Below, one piece after another: positions 57,196-64,000 of a DNA stretch of 64,000 nucleotides; the first letter of the stretch is position 1, and each line of letters starts with the position of its first letter. Source of the stretch: an uncultured Gammaproteobacteria bacterium (GTDB lineage Bacteria; Patescibacteriota; Microgenomatia; Daviesbacterales; UBA10151); assembly GCA_964489875.1 (NCBI GenBank), contig CAZAZW010000003.1:13585-77584 (forward strand), in the 5' to 3' direction. Both the position numbers and the translations under genes were made by a program. The notes below the pieces were generated by a model. That model was not told the DNA's origin, searched no databases, and worked only from the letters and a program-made list of their open reading frames with translations.

Positions 57196-58361
57196 TTTTT
57201 TATTCCACCTTTTTCAGCCATGGAGGAGAGTAAACCGGATTCAAAGGTATATTGAGTCTTACTTTGATTTTCTGCCCGCTTTAGGGCAAACTCTATCAAC
57301 AATCCCAGAAGTTTAGAAAATTTTATCTCTGATTTTTCCCATAGATAAAAAGCAAAAGAACCAGGAGGAGTATTTATTTCATTAATCCAAAATTTGTTCT
57401 TTTCTTTATCTACGAAGTAGTCTATTCTAGCTACACCACATCCATCTAAAGCTTTAAAAACTTTTACAGTTGTTTTCTGTATCTCCTTGGCTAATTTTTC
57501 CGGGATTGGGGCCGGAATAATCCGGGAAAGGGAAGCCATACCCACTTCTTTGCTGCTCTTGCCGCCGCCTTTTTGATATTTATCAGCAAAAGACAAAACT
57601 TCACTTGATCCCACCGGCATCTCACAAACAGAAACCATAACTTCCTCATAACCTAAAGCAGAACAATTTACTTCAATAGTATCTTCAAAAGCCTCTTCAA
57701 TTAAAGCTTTTTCGGAATAAGTAAATGCCACCTCCAGGGCAAAGTTCAAAGAATCGCCGTCTTGAGCCTTATTTACTCCAATAGAAGAACCAATGGTAGC
57801 CGGCTTAACAAACATGGGGAATTGTAAAACCTTTTTGGCTTCTGTTAAAACTTTTTTAGGATCTTTTAGAAAATCAATTCTGCTGACAGCAAGGTAACGG
57901 CAAACCGGCAAACCCAATTCCTTAAAGATAGATTTTGAAATGGCCTTATCCATCGCAATACCAGAAGATAAAACATTAAATCCGGTATAAGGAATTTGAT
58001 ACATCTCCAAGAGTCCCTGTATACAGCCATCTTCGCCAAAAGACCCATGGAAAGAAAGAAATGCGACATCTAAGGGAATGAATCTGGAAAACAAACCTTG
58101 AGTAAAAAATCCACCTTGATTTTCTTTTCTAGCTAGATTGATTTTAGTGGAGGATAAAAGCAAAGAATCTATATCTTTATAATTTTTTAAGTCCAAAAAC
58201 TTCCGGTTAGTATAAAACTCACCCTTTTTACTTACATAAATAGGGATTATTTCGTAGCGCTCTTTATCAATATTCTCATAGACCTGAAGGGCTGTTAATA
58301 CAGAAACCTCATGTTCAACCGACCTTCCCCCAAAAAACAACCCAACTTTCAATTTGTTCAT
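57192..58361 (-). CDS. ddl: D-alanine--D-alanine ligase
   Basis: KVGLFFGGRSVEHEVSVLTA and an ATP-grasp pattern. Confidence 0.9.
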   Translation of the reverse strand: MNKLKVGLFFGGRSVEHEVSVLTALQVYENIDKERYEIIPIYVSKKGEFYTNRKFLDLKNYKDIDSLLLSSTKINLARKENQGGFFTQGLFSRFIPLDVAFLSFHGSFGEDGCIQGLLEMYQIPYTGFNVLSSGIAMDKAISKSIFKELGLPVCRYLAVSRIDFLKDPKKVLTEAKKVLQFPMFVKPATIGSSIGVNKAQDGDSLNFALEVAFTYSEKALIEEAFEDTIEVNCSALGYEEVMVSVCEMPVGSSEVLSFADKYQKGGGKSSKEVGMASLSRIIPAPIPEKLAKEIQKTTVKVFKALDGCGVARIDYFVDKEKNKFWINEINTPPGSFAFYLWEKSEIKFSKLLGLLIEFALKRAENQSKTQYTFESGLLSSMAEKGGIKN

Positions 58362-58368
58362 TATTCGT

Positions 58369-58374
58369 ATTATA
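58369..58374 (-). promoter_or_regulatory. -10 box TATAAT placed 7 nt upstream of the ddl ATG; the opposite strand reads TATTAT for def
   Basis: Minus strand reads ccagagTATAATacgaataATG. Confidence 0.45.
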
Positions 58375-58391
58375 CTCTGGGGGGCAACAAA

Positions 58392-59000
58392 ATGAAAAAT
58401 CTTTTCTTAAGACCAAATGATCCGCGCTTAAGAAAAGTTGCTGAGGAAATTCCTCAAGACCAAATTAATTCAGAGAGTACTAAAAAAATAATTAAGACCA
58501 TGCTAAAAGTGGTCCAACCATTTATGGTAGGACTGGCTGCACTACAGATTGGCATTCCTAAAAGGATCATCTTGGTAGATATAAGAGCAGACGGAAAAGG
58601 CCCGCTTCGCCAGCGAAGCGAGGCGGGCAAAGTAGGAAATTTGCGAATATACATCAACCCAAAAATAATCTGGAAATCTAAAAGAGAAGGGGAGTGGTAT
58701 GAGGGTTGTTACTCCACCGGCAGAGTTTGCGGCATAGTCTCCCGTCCAATCTCCATCAAAATCCAAGCATTTGTATTGACACCCCAAGGGTGGAGCCTCA
58801 AATTTGTAGAAGAAAAGCGGTCAGATTATACAGCCAGGATTTTTCAGCATGAAATTGACCATCTTGATGGGAAGTTATTCATGGACCATATTAAAAATCC
58901 GGACCATCTACATTGGGTAGAAGAAAATGAATTTCCGCTTTACAGAAACAAACAAGCCTGGAGAAATTGGCCCAAAAAATACCCTTTACCCCTTGCTTAG
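58392..59000 (+). CDS. def: Peptide deformylase
   Basis: GLAALQIGIPKR, EGCYS and HEIDHLDG. The start is taken at MKNLFLRPNDP. Confidence 0.88.
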   Translation: MKNLFLRPNDPRLRKVAEEIPQDQINSESTKKIIKTMLKVVQPFMVGLAALQIGIPKRIILVDIRADGKGPLRQRSEAGKVGNLRIYINPKIIWKSKREGEWYEGCYSTGRVCGIVSRPISIKIQAFVLTPQGWSLKFVEEKRSDYTARIFQHEIDHLDGKLFMDHIKNPDHLHWVEENEFPLYRNKQAWRNWPKKYPLPLA

Positions 59001-59060
59001 AGAAGGCCAAAAAAGGTATAATTAAGCCAGAGCGAAAGCTCGTTTTTCTTTTAAATCTAC

Positions 59061-61616
59061 ATGTCAAACATCGGCAAAATACAACCAGCCCCAATTATTG
59101 AAGAGATGCAAAAGTCCTATTTGGACTATGCCATGTCTGTCATTGTTTCAAGAGCATTACCTGATGTCCGTGACGGCCTGAAACCTGTCCAGCGAAGAAT
59201 TATTTATGCCATGCACCAACAGGGTTTGCACCACAGTTCCCGTTTTCAAAAATCAGCTGCCGTAGTCGGAGAAGTTATGAAAAACCTCCACCCGCACGGT
59301 GATGCCCCTATATATGAGGCCATGGTCAGAATGGCCCAGAATTTTTCCATGAGATATATGTTGGTGGACGGACAAGGAAACTTTGGATCAATTGACGGAG
59401 ACTCTCCGGCTGCGATGCGTTATACCGAAGCCAGGCTATCGGCAATTTCCGAGGAACTCCTTCGTGATATCAGCAAAAACACAGTTAATTTTATTGATAA
59501 TTATTCCGGTACCACCCAAGAACCAATACTTCTGCCTTCTGTCATTCCCAATCTACTCCTAAACGGCGCCTCCGGTATTGCCGTTGGCATGGCCACCCAG
59601 ATCCCGCCTCATAATTTAGGGGAGGTCTGTGACGCGCTGGTCTACATGATAGAACACCCAATGAAAGAGTCAAGAGTCAAGAGTCAAGAGTCAAGTGACG
59701 AAAAAGAAGATACTAGACTCTCGACTCTAGCGACTAGCGACTCTTTTCAATCCGAAGCTACTGTTGAAGACCTTATCAAATTTGTCAAAGGCCCGGATTT
59801 TCCCACGGGTGCCTCTATTTATGACCAAACCGAAATACTGGCAGCTTATGCTACCGGCAAAGGCCGGATCGTCATGCGAGCCAAAGCCGAAATTGATGAA
59901 ACCCCGGCCGGAAAAATGCAAATCATTGTTTCAGAGCTACCATATCAAGTAAATAAAGCTACTCTAATTGCCAGAATTGCCGAGCTGGTTAAGGACAAAA
60001 AGTTAGAGGGTATCGCGGATCTCAGGGATGAATCAGATCGCAAACAAATGGTCCGAATCGTTTTTGACCTAAAAAGGGATGCCAAACCGCAAGCAATTTT
60101 AAATAACCTCTACAAACATACAGCTATGCAGTCGGTTTTCAACGTTAACTTAGTGGCGCTAGTTGACGGCGTACCACATCTCCTAACCTTAAAACATATC
60201 CTGGAGGAGTTTATTCATCATCGGCAAGTTGTTGTCAGGAAACGCTCGGAATTTGAACTGGCAGAAGCCAAAGCTAGAGAACACATCTTAGAAGGCTTAA
60301 AGATTGCAGTTGATAACATTGATGCTGTCATCGAAACAATCAAGAAGTCAAAAGATGCAGATGCAGCCAAAACCAATTTGATGACCAAATTTAAACTATC
60401 CGAACTCCAGGCTCTGGCAATTTTGGATATGCAGCTTCGAAGGTTAGCCGCACTGGAGCGGCAAAAAATTGAAGATGAGTTAAAGATGGTCCGGGAAACA
60501 ATCGCCTATTTGGAAGACTTATTAGCTCATCCTGAGAAAATCTTAAAAGTCATCAAAGATGAACTGACAAGAATAAAAGAAAAATACGGAGACGACAGGA
60601 GAACCCGGGTTTATAAACAAAAAATAGGGGAGTTTAACGAAGAAGATTTAGTGCCGAATGAGGTCACCATCGTTACTATTACCGAAGGCGGTTACATCAA
60701 GCGCCAATCTCCAATGTCTTTTCGGACCCAACAGCGGGGCGGTAAAGGGGTCATGGGTATCGCCACTAAAGAAACCGATGCAGTCTCTCATATTTTCTAT
60801 ACTCAAACCCACGACAGCATTCTCTTTTTTACCGATAAAGGTCGAGTTTTTCAAATTAAAGTTTGGGAAATTCCGGAAACTCAAAGAGCAGCTAAAGGAC
60901 AGGCTATCGTTAATTTAATCAATGTGGAGCAAGGAGAAAAGATTACCGCTGTTTTAACCACTCGCCAAAAAGGTGAGAGCGCCCGATATTTCTTTATGTG
61001 TACCAAAAAAGGCACTGTCAAAAAAACTGCCGTTTCAGAATATGCTAATATCAGAAAGAATGGTTTGGTAGCTATCAAATTAGATACAGGTGATGAATTG
61101 GGGTGGGTATCGGCTACCTCCGGCAAGGATGATTTAATCATCGTTTCAAGAGCCGGCAAATCCATACGTTTTTCAGAGACACAAGTTAAACCCACCCACC
61201 GGGATACTTCCGGGGTAAGAGGTATCAGGCTCGGCAAAGATGACGGGGTTGTATCACTCAATCTTGTACAAAAAGATGCCCAACTTTTGGTGATTATGGA
61301 AAATGGTTTGGGTAAAAAAACGGCCTTTTCTGCCTGGAGCAGACAGGGCAGGGGAGGACAGGGGGTAAAAGCTGCCCAGGTAACAGCCAAAACCGGACCG
61401 ATTGTGACAGCACAAGCAGTGGATGGCAAAATGGATACTTTGGTTCTCACTTCCACCAAAGGACAACTCATTAAAATGGATCTTAAACAGGTACCTATTT
61501 TGCAACGGCAGACTCAAGGTGTAATCTTGATGAGAGTCAGACCCGGTGAGAAGGTGGCAGCTGCCACAGTGGTGGCGTCTAAAGAAAAAACTGAACAATC
61601 AGAACCTAAAGCATGA
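59061..61616 (+). CDS. gyrA: DNA gyrase subunit A
   Basis: 851 aa. [26 protein letters not shown], and C-terminal beta-pinwheel repeats. Confidence 0.96.
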   Translation: MSNIGKIQPAPIIEEMQKSYLDYAMSVIVSRALPDVRDGLKPVQRRIIYAMHQQGLHHSSRFQKSAAVVGEVMKNLHPHGDAPIYEAMVRMAQNFSMRYMLVDGQGNFGSIDGDSPAAMRYTEARLSAISEELLRDISKNTVNFIDNYSGTTQEPILLPSVIPNLLLNGASGIAVGMATQIPPHNLGEVCDALVYMIEHPMKESRVKSQESSDEKEDTRLSTLATSDSFQSEATVEDLIKFVKGPDFPTGASIYDQTEILAAYATGKGRIVMRAKAEIDETPAGKMQIIVSELPYQVNKATLIARIAELVKDKKLEGIADLRDESDRKQMVRIVFDLKRDAKPQAILNNLYKHTAMQSVFNVNLVALVDGVPHLLTLKHILEEFIHHRQVVVRKRSEFELAEAKAREHILEGLKIAVDNIDAVIETIKKSKDADAAKTNLMTKFKLSELQALAILDMQLRRLAALERQKIEDELKMVRETIAYLEDLLAHPEKILKVIKDELTRIKEKYGDDRRTRVYKQKIGEFNEEDLVPNEVTIVTITEGGYIKRQSPMSFRTQQRGGKGVMGIATKETDAVSHIFYTQTHDSILFFTDKGRVFQIKVWEIPETQRAAKGQAIVNLINVEQGEKITAVLTTRQKGESARYFFMCTKKGTVKKTAVSEYANIRKNGLVAIKLDTGDELGWVSATSGKDDLIIVSRAGKSIRFSETQVKPTHRDTSGVRGIRLGKDDGVVSLNLVQKDAQLLVIMENGLGKKTAFSAWSRQGRGGQGVKAAQVTAKTGPIVTAQAVDGKMDTLVLTSTKGQLIKMDLKQVPILQRQTQGVILMRVRPGEKVAAATVVASKEKTEQSEPKA
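59667..59743. repeat. Heptamer-periodic hairpin (GAGTCAA x4 ... TAGACTC TCGACTC TAGCGAC TAGCGAC) inside gyrA
   Basis: Both arms are near-identical to the recG copy. Confidence 0.8.
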
Positions 61617-61822
61617 AGAAATCCTCTATTATCTCCACTATAGGAATAATTTACTTTATTGCAGGATTTGTTTTTGCCGTGGCTTTTGCCATCTATTACC
61701 GCTGGCCAATTTTATCTTTTTTATCTCCGGGATTTTATAGCGTAATTTTAACCTGGCCCTTCCAGGCAATTGGCTTTGCAAGAGACCTCCTAATTTACGG
61801 CCTCGCCGGCAAACCTATATAA
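61613..61822 (+). CDS. Small two-TM membrane protein
   Basis: 69 aa, with an ATGA overlap with the gyrA stop. Confidence 0.45.
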   Translation: MKKSSIISTIGIIYFIAGFVFAVAFAIYYRWPILSFLSPGFYSVILTWPFQAIGFARDLLIYGLAGKPI

Positions 61823-61831
61823 TCCTATAGT

Positions 61832-61860
61832 TTGACACGGATCTTCGAATATTCTATAAT
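61832..61860 (+). promoter_or_regulatory. Perfect consensus sigma70 promoter TTGACA-17 nt-TATAAT, 9 nt upstream of ATG
   Basis: TTGACAcggatcttcgaatattcTATAATacagcctctATG. Confidence 0.65.
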
Positions 61861-61869
61861 ACAGCCTCT

Positions 61870-62934
61870 ATGAAGCTTGTCGAAATTAGCTCTTTAGAGC
61901 AATATAGAAATATGCGTTTAGATACTCCTATTACCTTTAAGGACCGAGTCTTACATCTAAAATCTAGCACTGCTGCGACTCTGAAAGCGACTGAAGCTCA
62001 AATACCGGCAGAGAATGGTGGTTTAGTGTATCAGTTGGCAGTAAGACACCATACAAATACTAGTCTTACCCAGCTTGCTAAAGATTTAAGTGTTAATAGA
62101 AAAACAATTTCTGCTCTTTTTGATTTTTTTGGGATTCCAAAATTATCCGGTAGAGAAGCTTTAACTAGAAAATGGGAGCAAGATCCAACCTTTAGAAGCT
62201 GGCATGAAAATCATGCAGCAAATGTTCTGAACGATCCGAATTCGAAAGATGATAAACATGATACAAGAAAAGCTCATTTAGAAAAACAAATGCAAGACCC
62301 GGAATTTGAGAAGGCAAGGTTAGATGGTTTGAGGGAAAAAAGCAAGGATCCTGCATACCTTGCAAAAAGAGGAAGAGCAATTGCGGCCAACTGGGAGGAT
62401 CAGAAGTTTAGAGATGCTCACGAAGAAACCGAAAGAATAAAATTAGCATCGTTAAAACAGGATCCTGGATTTCGATTGAGCCAGGCTCACGGAATTAGAA
62501 ATTCTAATCGAATACCAAAGTGTTCAATACAAGGAGAAAGGATTGATATCGGGTTTGCACAGTCAACATATGAGGCTAATATAGCAAGAATATTAACACT
62601 TGTTGGTGCTGATTTTCAGCGCGGATTGGCGTTCGCTTTACAACCAGAGGAGAAAAGCGAGAAACTAACAGCTCTTACTTTAGATTTTGTAGTAAATATA
62701 AAAGGTAGACAAAAAATTTATGAAATTGTGACAGGAAGAAATATTCGCAGATTACAACTTTTAGAAATGCTCGCAACACAAAACCCAAAACTTAGAATTA
62801 ATATTATTACAGAAAGACGGTATAGAAGATTAAGAGGAATGTTTCAAGATAGAATAAATAATGATCCGAGATTCGCTGGATGGGAAACACCAAAAGACAA
62901 TTTAAGAACTAATCCAACAAGATACGCAGCTTGA
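61870..62934 (+). CDS. Orphan protein: HTH-like segment, five DPxF(R/E) helical repeats, possible nuclease-like C-terminus
   Basis: LTQLAKDLSVNRKTISALF. Repeats QDPTFRSW, QDPEFEKA, KDPAYLAK, EDQKFRDA and QDPGFRLS. C-terminal ..LTLDFVV..IYEIVTG. Confidence 0.5.
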   Translation: MKLVEISSLEQYRNMRLDTPITFKDRVLHLKSSTAATLKATEAQIPAENGGLVYQLAVRHHTNTSLTQLAKDLSVNRKTISALFDFFGIPKLSGREALTRKWEQDPTFRSWHENHAANVLNDPNSKDDKHDTRKAHLEKQMQDPEFEKARLDGLREKSKDPAYLAKRGRAIAANWEDQKFRDAHEETERIKLASLKQDPGFRLSQAHGIRNSNRIPKCSIQGERIDIGFAQSTYEANIARILTLVGADFQRGLAFALQPEEKSEKLTALTLDFVVNIKGRQKIYEIVTGRNIRRLQLLEMLATQNPKLRINIITERRYRRLRGMFQDRINNDPRFAGWETPKDNLRTNPTRYAA

Positions 62935-62967
62935 TACCCTTGGCTAAGAGTATGGTTAGTACTAACC

Positions 62968-63243
62968 CTATTTACTCCCCAGAAACTTCTGAACCAAGTC
63001 ATTAAGATAATTTGATAACCTGGCAATAATAAGAGCAGACAGAAGGAATTCCCAAAACGGGCTTCTGATTTCCGTACCCAAAAGGATATTAAACAAACTG
63101 ACCTGAAAAGCAAAAGTCAGTAAAATTGCAGAAGCTAAAGATAAAAGGGGAATATAGGGCTTTAAAGCCTGAATATTTCCCACCAAATATTCAATAACAG
63201 CTTCATTCAAAGTGGTGAAAATCAAAACCACCAACCAACTCAT
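62968..63243 (-). CDS. Small three-TM membrane protein (holin-like by topology only)
   Basis: 91 aa, with a 4-nt overlap with the upstream coiled-coil gene. Confidence 0.45.
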   Translation of the reverse strand: MSWLVVLIFTTLNEAVIEYLVGNIQALKPYIPLLSLASAILLTFAFQVSLFNILLGTEIRSPFWEFLLSALIIARLSNYLNDLVQKFLGSK

Positions 63244-63518
63244 ACGGCCTTTCCGGGCGGGAAAATGAACTTGTACAAGTTAATCAAAACACCAATTATT
63301 GTCAAGGTATTATCGGTACGCGGCTTTTCCTCTTTCTCCAGGCCATTACATTCTGATAATTTCATTTCCAAGTCTTTTATCTTTTGGTCCCTTTCCTGCA
63401 AAGTTTCCTGCAGGATAATTACCTGCTGATTAAGCGAAGCAAGAGTTGTCTGTAGATTTTCAACTTGAGACTTTAAGTCACTGGAAGCTGTAGGAGTATT
63501 AAAAACTATTTCAGACAT
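63240..63518 (-). CDS. Small coiled-coil protein
   Basis: 92 aa with a heptad-rich LQTTLASLNQQVIILQETLQERDQKIKDLEMKL. Confidence 0.45.
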   Translation of the reverse strand: MSEIVFNTPTASSDLKSQVENLQTTLASLNQQVIILQETLQERDQKIKDLEMKLSECNGLEKEEKPRTDNTLTIIGVLINLYKFIFPPGKAV

Positions 63519-63539
63519 ACAAACGGGCAGAGCGCCTAA

Positions 63540-63568
63540 ATACTACAAGAGCACAGTCTCTCTGTCAA
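63540..63568 (-). promoter_or_regulatory. Near-consensus promoter TTGACA-17 nt-TAGTAT
   Basis: Minus strand reads TTGACAgagagactgtgctcttgTAGTAT, 21 nt upstream of ATG 63518. Confidence 0.55.
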
Positions 63569-63574
63569 TCTGAA

Positions 63575-64000
63575 TTAGATTTTAAATAAAGACCGCAAGG
63601 GAGGAAGTGTAATAATTAGCAGCTGTATTGCCAGGATAACTGCAACGGAAGCAAAAAGCTTTTTATTAGATAAAACCCCGTGATGCCTTCTCATCACAAA
63701 AGGCAAAAACATCTGCAAAACTACCATGACGGTAAAAGTAACCGCGCGGGATGTTTGAAGACCCATGCTAGTAAACACAAAATAAAAAATTAATAAACAT
63801 ATCAAAGATATGATTACTCCGCCGGAGATTATAAACCGCAGCGAATCTCTGCTCAGTAAACTAAGACGCTTTCGGGGTTGTGTTTGCATCAGGTGCGAAG
63901 AAGCGCTATCAAAACCTAAAGCCAAAGCCGGTGGTCCGTCTGTCACAAAATTGATCCAGAGGATTTGGATAGGCAAAAGCGGCACAGGTAAGCCTAAGAT
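63575..64000 (-). CDS. P-type cation-transporting ATPase, C-terminal membrane part (gene continues past the right edge)
   Basis: The frame stays open to position 64000: ILGLPVPLLPIQILWINFVTDGPPALALGFD. The track M at 63985 is an internal GTG. Confidence 0.85.
   Translation of the reverse strand: MLGLPVPLLPIQILWINFVTDGPPALALGFDSASSHLMQTQPRKRLSLLSRDSLRFIISGGVIISLICLLIFYFVFTSMGLQTSRAVTFTVMVVLQMFLPFVMRRHHGVLSNKKLFASVAVILAIQLLIITLPPLRSLFKI

Noticed and set aside
58600-58628. Palindrome gcccgcttcgccagcgaagcgaggcgggc inside def (encoding GPLRQRSEAG) as another inserted element
   Set aside because: It is short and I found no second copy in the window. Deformylases vary in this loop anyway, so it was left as an unconfirmed observation.
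59667-59743. Inteins or introns in gyrA, gyrB and recG
   Set aside because: The inserts are only about 22-30 codons long and lack intein splice-junction residues or blocks. They are explained by palindromic repeat DNA.
62968-63518. Calling the coiled-coil + 3-TM pair a prophage lysis cassette
   Set aside because: No endolysin, capsid, integrase or att sites are present in the window. Topology alone is insufficient, so it is kept only as a hypothesis within the module finding.

Overview
The window reads as a tightly packed, small-genome bacterium using the standard code. By inference it is of Candidate Phyla Radiation / Patescibacteria type: a secretin-less type IV pilus cluster, an archaeal-type TyrRS, short holB and atpH, and many leaderless genes. 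About 60 protein genes are supported; no rRNA, tRNA or CRISPR was found.

Layout:
- 1-3.9 kb: two GT2 glycosyltransferases and a divergent fabH-like/fabF-like pair.
- 3.9-12.1 kb: the F1Fo ATP synthase operon on the minus strand (atpB-E-F-H-A-G-D). atpC is displaced about 2 kb by a three-gene insert holding two divergent beta-carbonic-anhydrase-like proteins and a VOC protein.
- 12.2-14.8 kb: a membrane protein and tyrS.
- 15.2-21.6 kb: a visibly G+C-richer island of large orphan proteins, one with an atypical protein-kinase-like domain.
- 22.2-25.0 kb: a tandem-LCP protein.
- 25.1-30.1 kb: recG-rpmF-nusB-(ACP-like without the Ser)-rnc-rpsP-KH-trmD.
- 30.1-45.9 kb: a 16-kb type IV pilus cluster (pilB-T-C, pilD, ten prepilin-type genes, two PilX-like proteins, pilM-N-O).
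- 46-61.6 kb: holB, gyrB, murC, a PP-loop-domain::murD fusion (possible MurL-MurD), alr, a hydrolase, murF, ddl, def and gyrA.
- 61.8-64 kb: a small convergent module with consensus promoters, then a P-type ATPase fragment.

The most unusual signal is non-genic. Several families of short palindromic or hairpin elements recur in intergenic terminator-like positions and are also translated in-frame inside essential genes (atpG, gyrB, gyrA, recG, murC, murD-fusion, pilD, alr, holB, murF). These families are 75-92 bp GTCATT...ATGAC elements, heptamer-periodic GAGTCAA hairpins, a 33-mer hairpin, and exact 21-mer and 22-mer repeats.

A second recurrent theme is a -10 hexamer placed 6-7 nt upstream of ATG, indicating leaderless mRNAs, at 9 genes here.
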